From Nymphaea colorata (Eukaryota): a stretch of 64,000 nt of DNA. Position 1 is the first letter of the stretch; every line of letters starts with the position of its first letter. A program made the position numbers and the translations under genes. The stretch lies in assembly GCF_008831285.2 (NCBI RefSeq), contig NC_045138.2, positions 9,052,001-9,116,000 of the forward strand, in the 5' to 3' direction. This document shows positions 62,795-64,000 of the stretch, one piece after another. The notes under the pieces were generated by a model, which saw only the letters and a list, made by a program, of their open reading frames with translations, was not told the origin of the DNA and made no database searches.

Positions 62795-64000
62795 TAGTGA
62801 ACCGGATTTAGCTTAGAGATCTTATATAGCTCACTCCCATCGGGCTTGGGTTTCTAATTTGGCGGATCCCAAACTGTCCCATACTAGCTTTGATTCTAAA
62901 CCCAAATTTATTAAGAACCAAAACAATCAACTACTTAACTAATCATTAAAGATTTTCTACAAGCTTTAGACCAGATTTTTCATAATGGAGTGTTCCAAAC
63001 TTCCATCAACCTTTCTTAAGACACACATGCTCATGAAGAACTGTAAGTTTAAGTATTGAATCATGTTCTTATACCACTATAACAACTTGACCTACTCCTA
63101 CACTAGGTTCAAGTTCTTAATTTGATTGATTCTAAACCACCTCTTAGGTGGTTTTAATTCCAAACTAAAAATCAAGACAATCAACCACTTAACCAACCCT
63201 ATCTATAAGTTCTTGAAGTTTTCCTATAAACTTTACTGTGGAACTAAACTTTTAACAATGGGGTGTTACCAACGTTACATGTCCTAGGCTTGTGGATTTG
63301 ATAAAAAATAAAAACAAAACCAAAAACTCAACTTCATTACATACCAGTTGAAATCTGGTCTCACTAGTGGAGGCATTCACGACCCAAGTTGAGACAACTC
63401 AAGCTTGACTCAAGATGAGATGAGTCAATCTCAAGTTCACCAACTCAAGCTTGACTAGACTAAACTAGAGCCATCCAAGCAGTTAAAAAGAATTTATGTT
63501 AAAATAAAAAAAGGCAACAAGCGAATTTGAAAGAGAGGCCTCTTTTTAGAGAGGCAAATGAGACCAATCATAAACAGACCAAGTTAGTTATATCAATATT
63601 AGGGAAGCCACTCTCAAAATATGTTTTAAATGAGCTTGGATGACTTTAAAAAAAAACACACATGAACTCAGCTCATCAATAGACAATCTAAAGTAGCCGG
63701 GCTTATTTATCCCTACTCATACGGTAAAAAAGCAGCAACTAATTTTGCTCAAAGGAGTAGCTTGATCAAATCAAATTTTTTGTCGAATAAATTAGGCTTC
63801 AAACATTCAAATTAAATCAAATAGTTAGAACAAAAAGATTTGTCGTGGCAAAACTCCGACCAATTTGCTACCTTTTTACTAATGGAAATATGTTTCACTT
63901 TATTGATACAATTAGGTTTCCCTTGAAGAACTTGCATTAATTCAATATTTTAAATAATTATTTTAAATATTAATGAAAAATTATTTGGGTATAATTAATC

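Noticed and set aside
61626..62816. Long ORFs of 283-396 aa on both strands
   Set aside because: They arise from stop-free GA/CT low-complexity tracts inside a TIR element and have no domain-like content.

Overview
Plant nuclear genomic DNA that is AT-rich, gene-poor and dominated by transposons. The only clearly intact gene is a single-exon F-box/kelch-repeat gene of the KFB/KMD family (20979-22130, minus strand). There is also an orphan terminal exon of an uncharacterised gene (12223-12453). Retroelements include a ~3.8 kb LTR with its primer-binding site (PBS) at the left edge and four defective Ty1/copia elements. One of the copia elements carries a second, antisense LTR end plus PBS in place of gag. 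DNA transposons include two non-autonomous PIF/Harbinger-type elements: one has captured exon 1 of a kinesin-12 (PAKRP1-like) gene, and the other is filled with mirrored purine and pyrimidine tracts. A MULE-type remnant with PMD and Ulp1 fragments and several MITEs are also present. Two plastid 23S rRNA insertions of different ages and a probable mitochondrial insertion occur. Long (TA)n tracts repeatedly bracket foreign or rearranged DNA, including a perfect 466-bp fold-back palindrome. Several diverged non-coding blocks recur about 18-27 kb apart, which suggests an old local duplication. All homology calls are by-eye recognition; no searches were run.
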